This document shows positions 13,041 through 24,722 of a stretch of DNA of 64,000 nucleotides, one piece after another; within the stretch, counting starts at the first letter, position 1; each line of letters opens with the position of its first letter. The DNA is from Vicugna vicugna. Its lineage: Eukaryota. The notes below the pieces were generated by a model. It made no database searches. It saw only the letters and a list, made by a program, of their open reading frames with translations, and was not told where the DNA came from. The stretch lies in assembly GCA_013265495.1 (NCBI GenBank), contig MU058781.1, positions 5,397,050 to 5,461,049 of the forward strand. The letters run 5' to 3'. The position numbers were made by a program, and so were the translations under genes.

Positions 13041-13727
13041 AAGTTTAATTGCACGAGGAAAACCGAATGGATTTGTATTTACCTAACACAATGATAGGAA
13101 TAGGGCCCAAAGATGTGTGGGAATGGGAATGCAGCTAGAAAGATGTTAAGAGTTGTCCAGGGAAGCATTAAGAAAGCCTGATTCAGGGATGACAGTGGAA
13201 ACAGAAAGGAAAGAGGCACCTTTTAGACAGTCAATCCCACCCTCATGTGCTTTGTCATGGATGGATTTTCATGGATGAAGGATCCTCGTCCATCGCTGGG
13301 TATTTTTAGCTCTATCTGCAAGTTCTCTCTCTCGGTATAGGGTGTTCCATTTTCCTCCTAGCCTTGTAGCTTTCTGAAATGTAATCCATAAATAATTTAT
13401 CCCTCATTTTGGAAGGATAACCTGAGGCTCCTAATATGTGAGTCAGGAATAAAAGATGTTTTGCTGAGTTTGATCTGAGAAGGAATATAGAGAAAAAGGA
13501 AGACCCATCTATGGGGAAAGTGACTGGAAAAGGATTTCTGGGAGAGAGAAAGAAGAGGGACTAATCTTTAGCAAAAGGAACTCTGGAGAAAAGCAAAGCT
13601 GTTAAAAGAAAAGGAACATTTAAGAAGTTATGCTGTGTGGCATGCAATAGAACACTTCATGTACTTTCTTACTGATGCTTCAGTAAAATTCACATCATGC
13701 AGACTGACATAAACCCATAGGCTAGAC

Positions 13728-14091
13728 TAATGGTTTTCAACTTTGCCTATACATTATAATCGCCTGCAGAACTTCCAATAAATACCCAGTGTTGGCCCCA
13801 TCCCAGATATTCAGATATGCTTGGTCTCAAGTGGGGCCTCAGGATCAGTATTTTTTTAGTTTTCCAGTGACCTAATGTGATTTTTAAAACCAATAATCTA
13901 GGGTCTGGAACAGCGGGTTTCAATCCTCCTCTGATTCCAATCATCAGAATCATGTTTTAAGCAATCTAGATGCACTGTTCCCCTTCCCCATCACCACCCC
14001 TCAGACCAATTAAATCAGAATCTTTGGCCATTAAGAATTTTTTCAAAAATGCCCAGGTGATCCTGATGCTACATGAGTTACAGAACCACTG
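13728..14091. mobile_element. Two adjacent MER5-like MITEs (about 13728-13895 and 13911-14091)
   Basis: TGGTTTTCAACTTTG..TAATCGCCTG; CAGACCAATTAAATCAGAATCT..CCCAGGTGATCCTGATG..AGAACCACTG. Confidence 0.8.
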
Positions 14092-14240
14092 GCTCTAGAA
14101 GAAAATTATATCAGGGCCTAAAAGGCAGGATGAATCCATTAAAAACCCATGGAGATGGCTTCCTAATGGCACTCAGTAACAAATTCCCTGCCCTTGGTGT
14201 CTTACTCTCAAACGGTATTTATCAGCATTTTATTTCTAGC

Positions 14241-14241
<1 letters not shown>

Positions 14242-14278
<37 letters not shown>
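14242..14278 (+). repeat. Pure poly(A) tract, 37 nt
   Basis: Counted directly. Confidence 0.95.
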
Positions 14279-14280
<2 letters not shown>

Positions 14281-15579
14281 GAAAAAGTAAGAGGCTACAC
14301 AACACTGACTCTACTCTCTGGTTAAAAAAAAAAGAGCAAGATGTTTGGGATGAAAGAAAACATCCAACATTTGTTAAAGAGTTGGAGCTTTAAGATTCGT
14401 TTCTTATTCAAAGGAGTTTGAAGTGGTAAATGACAGGAACTCTGGTTTGCAGCGATACGGGGTAAAAGAAAACGGAGACTATCTTTAAAGAGCTGAGGTC
14501 CTTTCCACATTGTTACTGTGTAAAATCGTGAAGGCTGTTGTTCCACAGCACAAAGGCCTCCCCATCACCCACCACACAGTAGCAGGGGACAATTATCACT
14601 GTTCAAGCATCTGGGGCTCAGATTTATACACATACACAAGCACACACACACACACTCGTGTGATTTCTTTTAGCTGATTCTGCAAATGCTGCTCTTGTTC
14701 ATAGTGTATGGAAGCAGTTAATTGTTACTACAGGGACTATTCCAATTATTAGGGTAATGAAAGAAGTTGCCCACAAGCCATAAAGTCTCTTTAATTAAAA
14801 AAAAAAAGCCAGTGTTTTGTTTTTTGGGCAAAATTAGTTCCTTACTTGCAGAGGACAGAAACGTAATGACACAACAAACCTGCATTTTGTCACTCTGAAA
14901 GCTGCTGGCATGCCACGTGTTTAAAAAAGCAGCATGATGATTATCCGCACAGTACCTGAATTCTAATTAAGAATTTTCAGTGCTGTACTTTCAGCATGAA
15001 AAAGAAAACAGAAAAGAAAGGATGAATCAAAAGTCTAATCCTGAGGACTGACTAGAGCTAGTGAGAGCCTGTGGGCCATTCTAGAGAAAGGGAGTTGATC
15101 TTTATTCGGGAACAGCTTGAACTTAGCTTAAAGTCCAAGAGACCAGTGCCACTGAGTCAAGATCAGATTGATTATCAAAATATCCTCAAAGCAGGAAGTA
15201 TACTGACATGAAAAACGCCTTTCTACTGACACATGGAAGATAATTCAGGCACGATTTGTTTTGTTCTGTTTTACCACAACAAAGTAATAAATAAAATGAA
15301 AACCTTAATCATAATACCAACTGCCATTATGGAATTTTTTTTAAAAAATTGAGTATGAATACAACAGCACAGTTTCATGCTGCTTTTTTAAAGCACTACC
15401 TTTGATTCAGTGACAAAAACAAATTTGTTTCCGGGACTGTGGTTACTTTCCCTTTGCTTCTGTGAATCAGGACAAGAGGGGAATTCAATCAGCATGTGTT
15501 TACTGAATGGGCAGAGGAGAGAGGAGAAACCATCCAGCCGGGGAACTACATGGTGAAAGGCGTGGGTAGGGATGAGCAG

Positions 15580-15810
15580 AGCATGGAAAGCAGGATGACA
15601 GGACTCTAGTGACATGACGGTTGGAGTTCTGACTCCTCCACCAGCTATGCAGCCCTGGAGGAGTTACAGAATGCCTGCACCTCAGTTTTCTCCTCTGTAA
15701 AATGGGGATACTAATAGCACCTACTTAGTGGAGTCGTTAGGAGGATCAAATGAGTTAATATGTGCAAAGTGCCTAGCACAGCCATAAATAAATGTTAGCC
15801 TCTGTTACTC
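15580..15810 (+). mobile_element. Near full-length MIR SINE
   Basis: CCTCAGTTTTCTCCTCTGTAAAATGGGGATACTAATAGCACCTAC..GAGGATCAAATGAGTTAATATGTGCAAAGTGCCTAGCACAG..ATAAATGTTAGC. Confidence 0.92.
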
Positions 15811-15829
15811 ATCTTGGACTAATCCTTCT

Positions 15830-16640
15830 TCTACCTATTGCATCCAGCTCGTTACCAAGATGTACAGATTCTGTATCCACAGATCTCCTCCATCATCTCC
15901 ACCTTTGCAATTCCCACTGCTGCTTTCCTTGTTCCTCATTATTTCTGATCTGAAATCCTGTCACAATCTCCACATTGGCCTCCTCATCCACTGCTTTCTC
16001 TCAGGTCCACTGTGTACACTGAGACCAAAGTAATCTTTAGAACCACAGATTGCAGCCCCCTGTCCTGCAAAAACCTGGGAGTGCCCAGTGCCCATAGAAT
16101 GAAGCTCCTGGCACCAAGGCTGTGTACCCTTTGGCCCTAAAAGGCTTCCCTGCTCTGTCTCCCACTACTCTCTATACTTCAAGCCTAAGCATGAGGTATA
16201 TATCTGAGCAAAATGCTGCTTGTGCCCCAAACCATCTCCTGTCCTCTGCATGGGCTGCCTCTAGGTGTCCCTCCTCTCTCCCCAACTCCCTCCCTACCAC
16301 CCCATGTGAGCATTTCTGTTTGTTAAAATCATACCATTCTTTATGCTTGAGCTTAAGTGCCACCTCACCTATGAACCAGCCTCCCTCCACCTCAGCAAAC
16401 AGATTCAATATCTCATCTTTGAATCCTCGTAGCACTTTCTGAATATTTCTCTAAAGTAAACTCTCTCTGCCTCCACTGTGGTACAGCCATGGGTATTCGT
16501 GTAAACCTCCTTTTGTCATTGTGAGATTTTTCAGGACCTGGCCCTGTGTCTTACTGATCTTTGTCTCCGCCACAGTATCTAACTTATATGGTAGCGCTGA
16601 TCCTGTATTAAGAACTCAATAAATGTTTATGGAATGAAAG
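15830..16640 (+). mobile_element. L2 3' region
   Basis: Pyrimidine-rich L2 body, CTGTGTCTTACTGATCTTTGTCTCC, tail CTCAATAAATGTTTATGGAATGAA. Confidence 0.8.
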
Positions 16641-18659
16641 ATGTGCACTGCAATTAGAGGTTGAAGATTTTGCAATGACCAATGTAAAAACACACACAAA
16701 AAACCCCAAAAGATAGTTGGAATAACCAATCTCGAGAGGCCAAGACTAAAAATTTGAGAATATATTTCCAGCACTGAGCTGAGGCCATCTGACAAGGACA
16801 TAATTATTGTGGAGGTGGTGCCACATTGCCTCTTGAAGCACATGGAAGATACTCCTTAAGGAATTCTTTGCCCTTTGTCCTAATGTTTAATGAGCTTTCT
16901 CAGGTGCCTTGTTCCTAGGAGAGAGTACTACTCAATGGTAAACACCTAGATCTTCATGGCATAAATATATTCCATAGAAAATTAATAAATTGGTGCTTTG
17001 GCCTGCAAACTACTGCAGTGTGGAATCTTAATTCAAGACCTGATCATGGCTGGCAAAGTGGCAAAGAGTTCTAGGTGGGCAGGCAGCTAAGATAAGGTTT
17101 GATCTTTCCCTTGGATGCCCTACTCAAGGCCTTAGGAGAAAGAACAAAAACAAAACAAAAAACACCCTTTAGGAGCTCACATCTCCTTTTATTAAAACAA
17201 GTTTTAAGGCTCCTTTGGGCCTCAAATCACTCCTGGACTTCTGATTCACTCCAAGCCTTTATAAGTCATCTCTTCTGCCCCCTCTACATTCTACTCAGGG
17301 CCAAGTCTAAAGGTCAAAGGAGAAGACACAAGAATGGACGTCTGGGGCTAGATACTTACAGTGATCTGCTGGCCAGGGAGAGAGAACCAGCGAGTAACTT
17401 CTGTCCCCCCAGGCCCTCTGTTTTTCCTTTAAAGCCCTGCCAATCATCCTTGTTCTCATGGAACCATCCCCTCCTCTCAGTCTTGGTTTAACTCTGGTTG
17501 GGAGTCTCTGAGTGTCAGCCTGTGTGTGTCTGTGTGCATCTGTCTCTGCTAATCTGTGATGCTATTAAAGTCGTTAGGATTGTGTATATCAATATGCAAA
17601 TTTATGCAACAACTAATGCGTAACTTAGCATTTTACTTTTGAGCCAAAAGACAATACATGATTACTTTCAGTGATTTTATTTCCCCCAAAAACTTTTGGC
17701 TATTGAAAAAAATCTCTCTGCAGCTTGTCTGGTGTAGCCCTTGACTCTGTTGCTGTTTTGCCACCAAGAGAAGGCAGAGGGAACGTCAGCAAAAGGGCCA
17801 AACATATTGGAATGGGCCCTAAAAAATTAAAGCATAAAAGAGAGGTATACAAACTGCTAGCATATGGACGCCAAGAAGGGAAACTTTAAGCTGAAAACAC
17901 TGAGCATAATCATTTTTAAGTGGCACAGTGTGAGTGGGAAATGTTTTGCTAACCAGTCCTTAGAGAACTGAGTTCTACACTAGAGAAGGAGGAATCAATA
18001 ATCTTAAACGACCTGAAAAGAAAGCTAATATGTGGCAACACTCACCCACAGCATAGAATTAATGAGCAAAACAGCCAAACTTTGCTACATGGGTCTAAGT
18101 ATCTATAAGAATAGATTTTTCATGAAGGTAAAGTCCTTTTATTTCCTGTTTATTTTATTACACAATAAATCAAGAAATTTAAAGGAGTTAGATATTTTAA
18201 GAACCTCATTGTTTGAACAAATGTCCAAAAAGTTTTTTTATTCCCAGTGTTCTGCCCCTACCCTTCAAGGACAGCCAAGGTCATTTCTCACTGCTAGGGA
18301 AGCCACGTTCTTCATGGATAGAAGCTTAGGCTAATGATTCAGGGATTGCATTTCTTTGTCAACTAGCCTCAAATTCACGTTGTTTTAAACTATTCTCCAA
18401 GGACGCCTGACTATCCAAGCAGCATGCCCCAAGCCTCTAAAGGAAGAGGCTTGGAGGTGCCCACTGGTATAGGGGCAGTTGCATTATTAGGAGGTGAAAG
18501 GCAGCCTAGTCTCTGCCCTGCGTTTTGCCTACAGAGATGTCTGGCCATGCAGTTGATTCTAACACACCCAGTTTCTCTTCTTCTCTGCCTCCTTTTCTCT
18601 CCTTAGGTGCAGTTGGTTCTAAATTCCCAGCTGTCAGGGCCTTTTATGCTTCCACAACA

Positions 18660-19152
18660 TGTCAGTAGGATCTCTTTGGGTCATAGGTAACAAAAAGCCA
18701 ACTGCAGAGGCTTAGCCAAATCAGGCTTCACAGGCTGAATCAAAAGTGTCAGCAGCCCAGGGTAGAGATTTGAGGAAGTCATCAAGGGCCCAGGCTCCTT
18801 CCAGTTTCTTCCTCCACTGTCCTTACTGTGTGCTTTCATCCCAAGGGTTGCAGGATGGGTACCCCATATACAGAAATAGTGTCTCCATTCCAAGTGGGAA
18901 GAAAAGGAAAGGAAAGAAGGGAAAGGGCATATGCCAGTTGAAACTATCCCTTCTTATCCGATAAACAAAAGCTTTTCTAGAGGTCCCTCCCTTAGACTTC
19001 AATTATGCCACCAGCTCTGGGTCACATGGCCACTTCTAGCTGCAAGAGACCCCTGAGGAGGTGAGTATTTCGTACTGGGCACATCATCATCCTAAACAAA
19101 TCTGCATTTCTCTTTGTGAAAAAGAAGGAATGAATCTGAGTAAGCAGTTAAT
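18660..19152 (-). mobile_element. MLT1J-like MaLR LTR
   Basis: CTGGGTCACATGGCCACTTCTAGCTGCAAG, CTGGGCACAT, CCCAGGCTCCTTCCAG, GGTAACAAAAAGCCAACT. Confidence 0.85.
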
Positions 19153-19850
19153 TAATCAAGAATATGGGGGTGCATGTATCACATGCAGGTAGTGGTACAG
19201 GATGTTACATGAAACAGAAAGGAGTAAGACAATCACATTACTTACTGCAGCAACACAATGGGAGTTTGGGAAGGGGCAGGAATGCTGTAAGACCTGGCAC
19301 TGTCTACAGCAGGAATCTGCAAGGTCAAAACTATTTCCACGCAAAAAGATGCTCAACATCATTGTCATTAGGGAAATGCAAATCAAAACCACAATGAGGT
19401 ACCACTTCACACTCACTATGATGGCTATTATCAAAAAAACAGAAAATAAGAGCTGGTGAGGATGTGCAAAAATTGGAATCCTAATGCATTGCTGGTGGGA
19501 CTGTAAGTGGTGCAGCCTCTATGGAAACAATTCAGTGGTTTCTCAAAAGGTTAAACATATAACTACCACATGACCCCAAAATTCCACTCTTAAGCAGAGA
19601 TCCCCAAGGACAGAAAACAGGGACTCAGAGAGATACTTGCATGTCAAATTCATAGCAGCATTTTTCACAATAGCCAAAAGGTAGAAACAACCCAAGTATT
19701 TACCAACAGACGAATGGATAAACTCAATGTGGTATATACATACAAGGGGATATTATTCTGCCATAAAAAGGAATGAAGTTCTGATAAATGGATACACCTT
19801 GAAAACATTATGCTAAGTGACATAAACCAGACCCAAAAGAACAAATATTG

Positions 19851-20136
19851 TATGATTCTATCTATGTGAAATATCTAGAATAGACAAATTTTTAGAGACA
19901 CAAAGTATTTTTATTTTTTATTTTACTTATTTTTAGTAAAATTTTTAATATGATTCTATGTGAAATATCTAGAATAGACAAATTTTTAGAGACACAAAGT
20001 ATTTTTATTTTTTATTTTACTTATTTTTAGTAAAATTTTTAATATGATTCTATGTGAAATATCTAGAATAGACAAATTTTTAGAGACACAAAGTATTTTT
20101 ATTTTTTATTTTACTTATTTTTAGTAAAATTTTTAA
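19851..20136. repeat. Tandem triplication, 94-bp unit
   Basis: Copies start at 19851 (extra TCTA), 19949 and 20043; otherwise identical. Confidence 0.95.
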
Positions 20137-20391
20137 AGGCTGAACTCCATTTAAAGTTGTTACAAAATATTGGCTGTACTCCCAATGTACATCCTTGTAG
20201 CCTGTCTTACACCCAATAGTTTGTACCTCCTACTTCCCCACCTCTATTTTGCCCTCCCTGGCAACTGGTAACCACTAGTTTGTTCTCTATATCCATGAGT
20301 CTACTTCTCTTTGTTGTATTCACTAGTTTGTTGTACTTTTTTAGATTCCACATATAGATGATATCATACAGTATTAGTTTTTCTTTGTATT
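20096..20391 (-). mobile_element. 5'-truncated younger L1 3' end (artiodactyl-type) nested in the L1MB
   Basis: CTGGTAACCACTAGTTTGTTCTCTATATC, TTAGATTCCACATATA..GATATCATACAGTATT; T-rich tail; TSD GAGACA(C/G)AAAGTA on both sides (19895-19907 or its repeat copies, and 20392-20404). Confidence 0.88.
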
Positions 20392-20614
20392 GAGACAGAA
20401 AGTAGATTAGAGGTTACCAGGGGCTGAGGGGATGGGTAGTTATTGCTTCATGGTTTGGGGCAGCAAAAGGTTTTGGAACTAGGTAGTGGTATGGTTGCAC
20501 AATATTGTGAATATAATTAATGCACTGAATTGCACACCCAAATATGGCTAAAATGGCAATTTTGGTTGTGTGTATTTTACACAATAAAAACGTAAAAGTA
20601 ACGTTTTATAGTAA

Positions 20615-20880
20615 TACTAGGATATCACTTACCATATCTCTTTTGCTCTCACTCTCTCCTGCACGTCCAGCGGCGTCTCGCAGGGGCTGTACGATGGGGT
20701 GATGACATCATTTCTCTGGTGGCTAACGCAATGTGTGCTTATGTGGTGCTGTGTTTTAAGATGTTCTGTTTTAATTTCCAAAATAATCAATATTGATAGC
20801 ACCCACATAAACAAAGCCTTTTTAGGCTCCTCAATAATGTTTAAGGTCCCAAGGCCAAAGAGTTTTCAGTACCCCAGCTG
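20615..20880. mobile_element. Charlie1/MER106-like hAT fragment
   Basis: TGTTTTAATTTCCAAAATAATCAATATTGATAG..CCCACATAAACAAAG..CCTCAATAAT. Confidence 0.7.
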
Positions 20881-21349
20881 CAGATTATGCCTTGAGCAAA
20901 GTACCATTTAAGGAAAGTTAAACTGAAGCAAAGGCCTGATAGAGGAGGTATAATTTCAGACCCTGAAAACTGTGAGAGGCTCAGACAGGGAGGACCATAT
21001 TTCAAACTGGGACAATTATCTGAATCTGTAAGGCGCAATTATTCTTTTTCCCATCAAGCACACTAGACAAATGATATTTATAAGTGTGATGCACTCCACT
21101 ATTTTTAAGAAAGTGTATATGAATACAAACATCATCATAAGGGTACTCCTGAGTTCTCTTTAGTTTTTTTTTTTAATACCTCACTTACAAATATCAGTAT
21201 TTTGAAATCTTACCAATGACTCTGACTCTGTTGATTACAGTAAAAATTCCTCTTTTAGTGGCTCTGCTTTAAATACCAAGGCAGCTGCGTCTGGCACACG
21301 CTTTACCTTTAAACTCACTTATGAGGAAAGTCTTTTCTTTATAAACAGC

Positions 21350-21430
21350 ACCTCTCTGAGGCTCAGTTTCCTCACTTGTCAAATGAGTCCCGTGAACCAA
21401 TCTCGGATGTTCCTTCCAGCTCTAAATTTA
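21350..21430 (+). mobile_element. MIR core fragment
   Basis: CCTCTCTGAGGCTCAGTTTCCTCACTTGTCAAATGAG..TCCTTCCAGCTCTAAA. Confidence 0.75.
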
Positions 21431-21505
21431 AAACTGAAATTGTCATTTCAAAGCCCATTAAAAATTCCTGGGATATAAAAATAGAATCTAGGTAATAAAA
21501 TAAAG

Positions 21506-21530
21506 NNNNNNNNNNNNNNNNNNNNNNNNN
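21506..21530. other. Assembly gap (25 N)
   Basis: Run of N followed by 17 T. Confidence 0.99.
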
Positions 21531-22020
21531 TTTTTTTTTTTTTTTTTACTTTGTGCTTCGTTTAGTTTCACTTGCTCACAGGATGCCATGCGCAGAGGCC
21601 TCACCTCAGGCACTTCAGACCAGAGTTCCTGGTGCCGAATGGCGGGCGGACACCTCAGCTCGGCCGTGTGCAGAGATGCCGCGCCGGACACTCAGGCCAA
21701 GATGGCGGCGGCGGGCTGCGTGCAGAGCCGCTGCGCTGGGCACTGCGTGCGGTCTGAGCCGCGCAGCTCCGCCCGCCCTGCGAGAACCCCACCCACTTCC
21801 CCTCCCCCCCTTCCCTATAAAGCAGCCCCGCTCACAGCCTGTCGCGAGAACACGGTCTCCAGAGCCCGAGCTGGCACCTCCTGGAGCTCTTCTTTCTTTG
21901 ATCAAAGAACAAAGCTTTCCTTTGCTTCTGGACCAAACTCGGTCTCGTTCTATCCTCTCCAACGACACTGGGCAGGATGACCACCTCTTGTTGGAGCCTG
22001 ACTCCAAAAGGTCAGTAACA
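21531..22020 (+). mobile_element. CpG-rich ERV LTR-like element, 5' end lost in the gap
   Basis: C-rich tract then TATAAAG (21816-21822), AACAAAG in the poly(A)-signal position (21908-21914), end CAGTAACA identical to the 3' end of the LTR at 59941-59948; far more CpG than the flanks. Confidence 0.7.
21698..21822 (+). promoter_or_regulatory. Promoter-like motif set inside the LTR: YY1, ETS core, TATA
   Basis: CAAGATGGCGGC (21698-21709), CACTTCC (21794-21800), TATAAAG (21816-21822); motif match only. Confidence 0.5.
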
Positions 22021-22446
22021 GAATGAATGTCACCCATCTTGAAATGGGCACCTAGGGGCCAAAAAGCAGTGCCTGCCCCTTGGCTGCTACGACAGGTGCA
22101 CACTTGTTAGGCCTGCGCTGGCTTCCCAAACAGGTAACCTGTGCAGTCACAGCCCCACAGGCCCCACGCTGTCTTGAAATTTTAACAGGTCTTGAACAAC
22201 GGATCCTGAATTTTCCTTTTGCACTGAGCCCTGCAAATTACATAGCTAGTCCTGTAGGTCGTTAGAGAAGAGTGATCAAGAACCCAGATGCTGAGTAAGC
22301 ATATCTGGTTCCAATCTCTGGTCTACTGTTTACTAGCTGAGTAATTACCACCAAAATTCTGGTTTCTAGGCTGGCTGTTCTATAAAGCAGCATCCTTTAT
22401 AGACAGTACTAAACAAGGTCTATTCCTACTTGAGAGTGCTAAGTGA

Positions 22447-22525
22447 CGAAAGAAAAAGAAAGAAAGACAGACAGAAAAGAGAGAGGGAGAGAGAAAGGGA
22501 AGGAGGAAAGAGAGAAAAAAGAAAC
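22447..22525. repeat. GA-rich low-complexity tract
   Basis: Almost pure purine run. Confidence 0.85.
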
Positions 22526-23939
22526 ACATACAATGTTGAATTACTATTTACACCACTTGATGATTTTTGTGTGGCCTCAGGGAAACCTCTAACTTTAAGA
22601 TAAAAGAGAGGCCTGGTGGGCAAATTGTCAATCATGAATTGTTTAAAATATAACTTCAAACCCCAAATATAATGGAGTCAGTTTTGAATCTTTTGCTGAA
22701 CAAAAGTAAAAGAAACCGTGAAGTAAGTATTATTTAACATTCTAAAGGCAATATCCTTGTAACTGGGGTAATTAGATGTTCACAGTAGAAATTCCAACCC
22801 AGCATGGTGATTCAGTCTCCACAGAAAAATCTCAATAATTTAAACCCCGCTAATGCACGCAAGAACTGAGCTGAACTTTACCTTTGTACCATCTATGAGG
22901 AAACAGACTGCTTAGCAAATTAAATATGAATAAGGATTTAGAGGGGCTATTTAACTTATCAAGAAAGTAAAACACTCCTTAGTGGCATTATTTGCCTTCA
23001 ATGTACTAATTACAGTACAAATTGCAAACTGTGTTGGTGTATATTACTGGCTTAAACTTCACTTATTTTAAAACACAGTGTTGAGTAATTCAGATCGTAC
23101 TTTATTTTAAAATACTGAACTTTATATTGTATTAGGCAGGTTCTAGTTCTGGCTAAGGCTCATACAAAAGAGAATCTAACTGCTTACTAAGGGTTGTCTT
23201 CGGGTTAATGCAAATCATAGTTCTGTTCAGAAATTTCTCCTCGAGCTAACTTGTGACAGGAAAGAAGTCTCTGTGCAACACATCTTTGAAACCAAGTTCT
23301 AAAAAGCTGACATGTGGCAACTGTCAAGCTCCCACCCGAATTCTGGTTCCCTGGACGTCCAAAACTATTTTTAACCAGCTTTGCACATCTACTAATAAAT
23401 GATTTCTCCAGCTCCACCGTTGTTCTGCGACTCATCAGTTTTCCTGAGCACAGTCCAGATGCAGGCATTTGTTCTTGTCATAAACCTGCCAGGTGGCTTG
23501 GTCTCCTCTGTGCGATACTGCCTGCGACACACTGGGGCTTCTTTTCTCTACAGTGATACATGTGTGCACTTCAGAGCTGAGCTCTGGGGTTAATTGCCTA
23601 CCTGTTGTGGGAAGCTGGTCAGCCCTCCTGGCTGTTTTTCATGCTGGCTGAACCAGGTGGACACCCACCCTAATTATGGTGCTTACAGATAAAGAACAAA
23701 GGGCAGGAAATGGCTGGTACACTGTGTTCTTTGGGAATTAAAGGAATGGGATGATGTGTCTACAAGCAGAGTTGCCTCTGTGAACCTGTCAAAGGATAAT
23801 TGAAGGGCATCAGTCCTCCTGGAAAGAAGCAGGAGAGCATTGAGCTTCATCTGCTCCCCAGGTCAAAGGCACCTCCTGGTAAGTCTCTTTTCCGAGACAG
23901 ACGCACAGAAACACATCATAAACAAAAGCAGATGGAGCA

Positions 23940-24722
23940 ACAGCATCACTAATTGTCAGGGAAGTGCAAACCAAAACCGTAATGGGACATCACTTTACCC
24001 CCATTAAAATGGCTATTATTTTTAAAAAATAGAGAATCACAAGTATGGTGGGGATGTGGAGAAACTGGACCCCTTATGCATTGCGAGTGGGAATGTAAAA
24101 TGGTACAGCCGCTGTGGAAAACAATATGGAGATTCCTCAAAAAATTAAACATAGAACTACTCTATATGATCTAATCCCACTTCCAGGCATTTACCCACAA
24201 GAATTGAAAAAAGGGACTCAGATCTCTGCACACCAATATTCATAACGGTATGATTCACACTAACCAAAAAGGTAGAAACAACCAAATCCCCATCAATAGA
24301 TGAATGGATAAACAAACTGTGGTACAGACACACAATGGAATATTATTCAGCCTTAAAAAGGAATGAAATTCTGACATATGCTACAACATGGATGAACCTT
24401 GACAACGTTATGCTAAGGGAAAGAAGCCAGGCACTGAGGGACAAATATTATGTGATTCCATTACGTGGAGTACCTGGAGTTGTCAAATTCACAGAGACAG
24501 AAGGGAGAATCATGGTCCCCAGGGTCTGGGGGAGCAGGTAATGGGAAGGTATTGTTTAATGAGGACCGAGTTTAAGTTTGGGATGATGAAAGGATTCTGG
24601 AACTAGATAGCCATGATGGATGCACAACCATGTTAATGTACTCATTGGCACTGAATTGTACACTTAAAATGGTTAAACTCATACATTTTATGTTGTGTAT
24701 ATTTCACTACAATTTTTTAAAA
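23940..24722 (+). mobile_element. 5'-truncated L1MB/L1MA-like element (ORF2 end and full 3' UTR)
   Basis: GGAATGTAAAATGGTACAGCCGCTGTGGAAAACA, ATGGAATATTATTCAGCCTTAAAAAGGAATGAAATTCTGAC, CTGAATTGTACACTTAAAATGGTTAA; degenerate TSD AAAAGCAGATGGAGCAA / AAGAGCAAATGGGAGCAA. Confidence 0.93.

Larger units (their letters stand above)
19340..20597 (+). mobile_element. L1MB-like ORF2 end and 3' UTR, interrupted by an antisense L1 tail and a tandem triplication
   Basis: Translation KKMLNIIVIREMQIKTTMRYH is the L1 ORF2 C-terminus; 3' UTR resumes at 20392 (GAGACAGAAAGTAGATTAGAGGTTACCAGGGG) and ends TTTTACACAATAAAAA. Confidence 0.92.

Noticed and set aside
14073..14282. ORF ending in poly-lysine
   Set aside because: Artefact of reading through the A37 tract.
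14934..15044. Possible C/D-box snoRNA (ATGATGA..CTGA..CTGA) with an imperfect internal hairpin
   Set aside because: No terminal stem and no recognisable rRNA/snRNA guide; boxes are short enough to occur by chance.
19851..20136. CRISPR-like array
   Set aside because: Identical contiguous units with no unique spacers, in a mammalian L1 context.
21531..22020. Minus-strand processed pseudogene suggested by the T17 run
   Set aside because: No recognisable parent coding sequence or TSD; the plus-strand TATA and CAGTAACA end fit an LTR better. Not fully excluded because of the gap.
21553..22103. Overlapping 130-162 aa ORFs on both strands
   Set aside because: Expected in GC-rich, stop-poor sequence; no recognisable domain; they lie in an LTR-like element.
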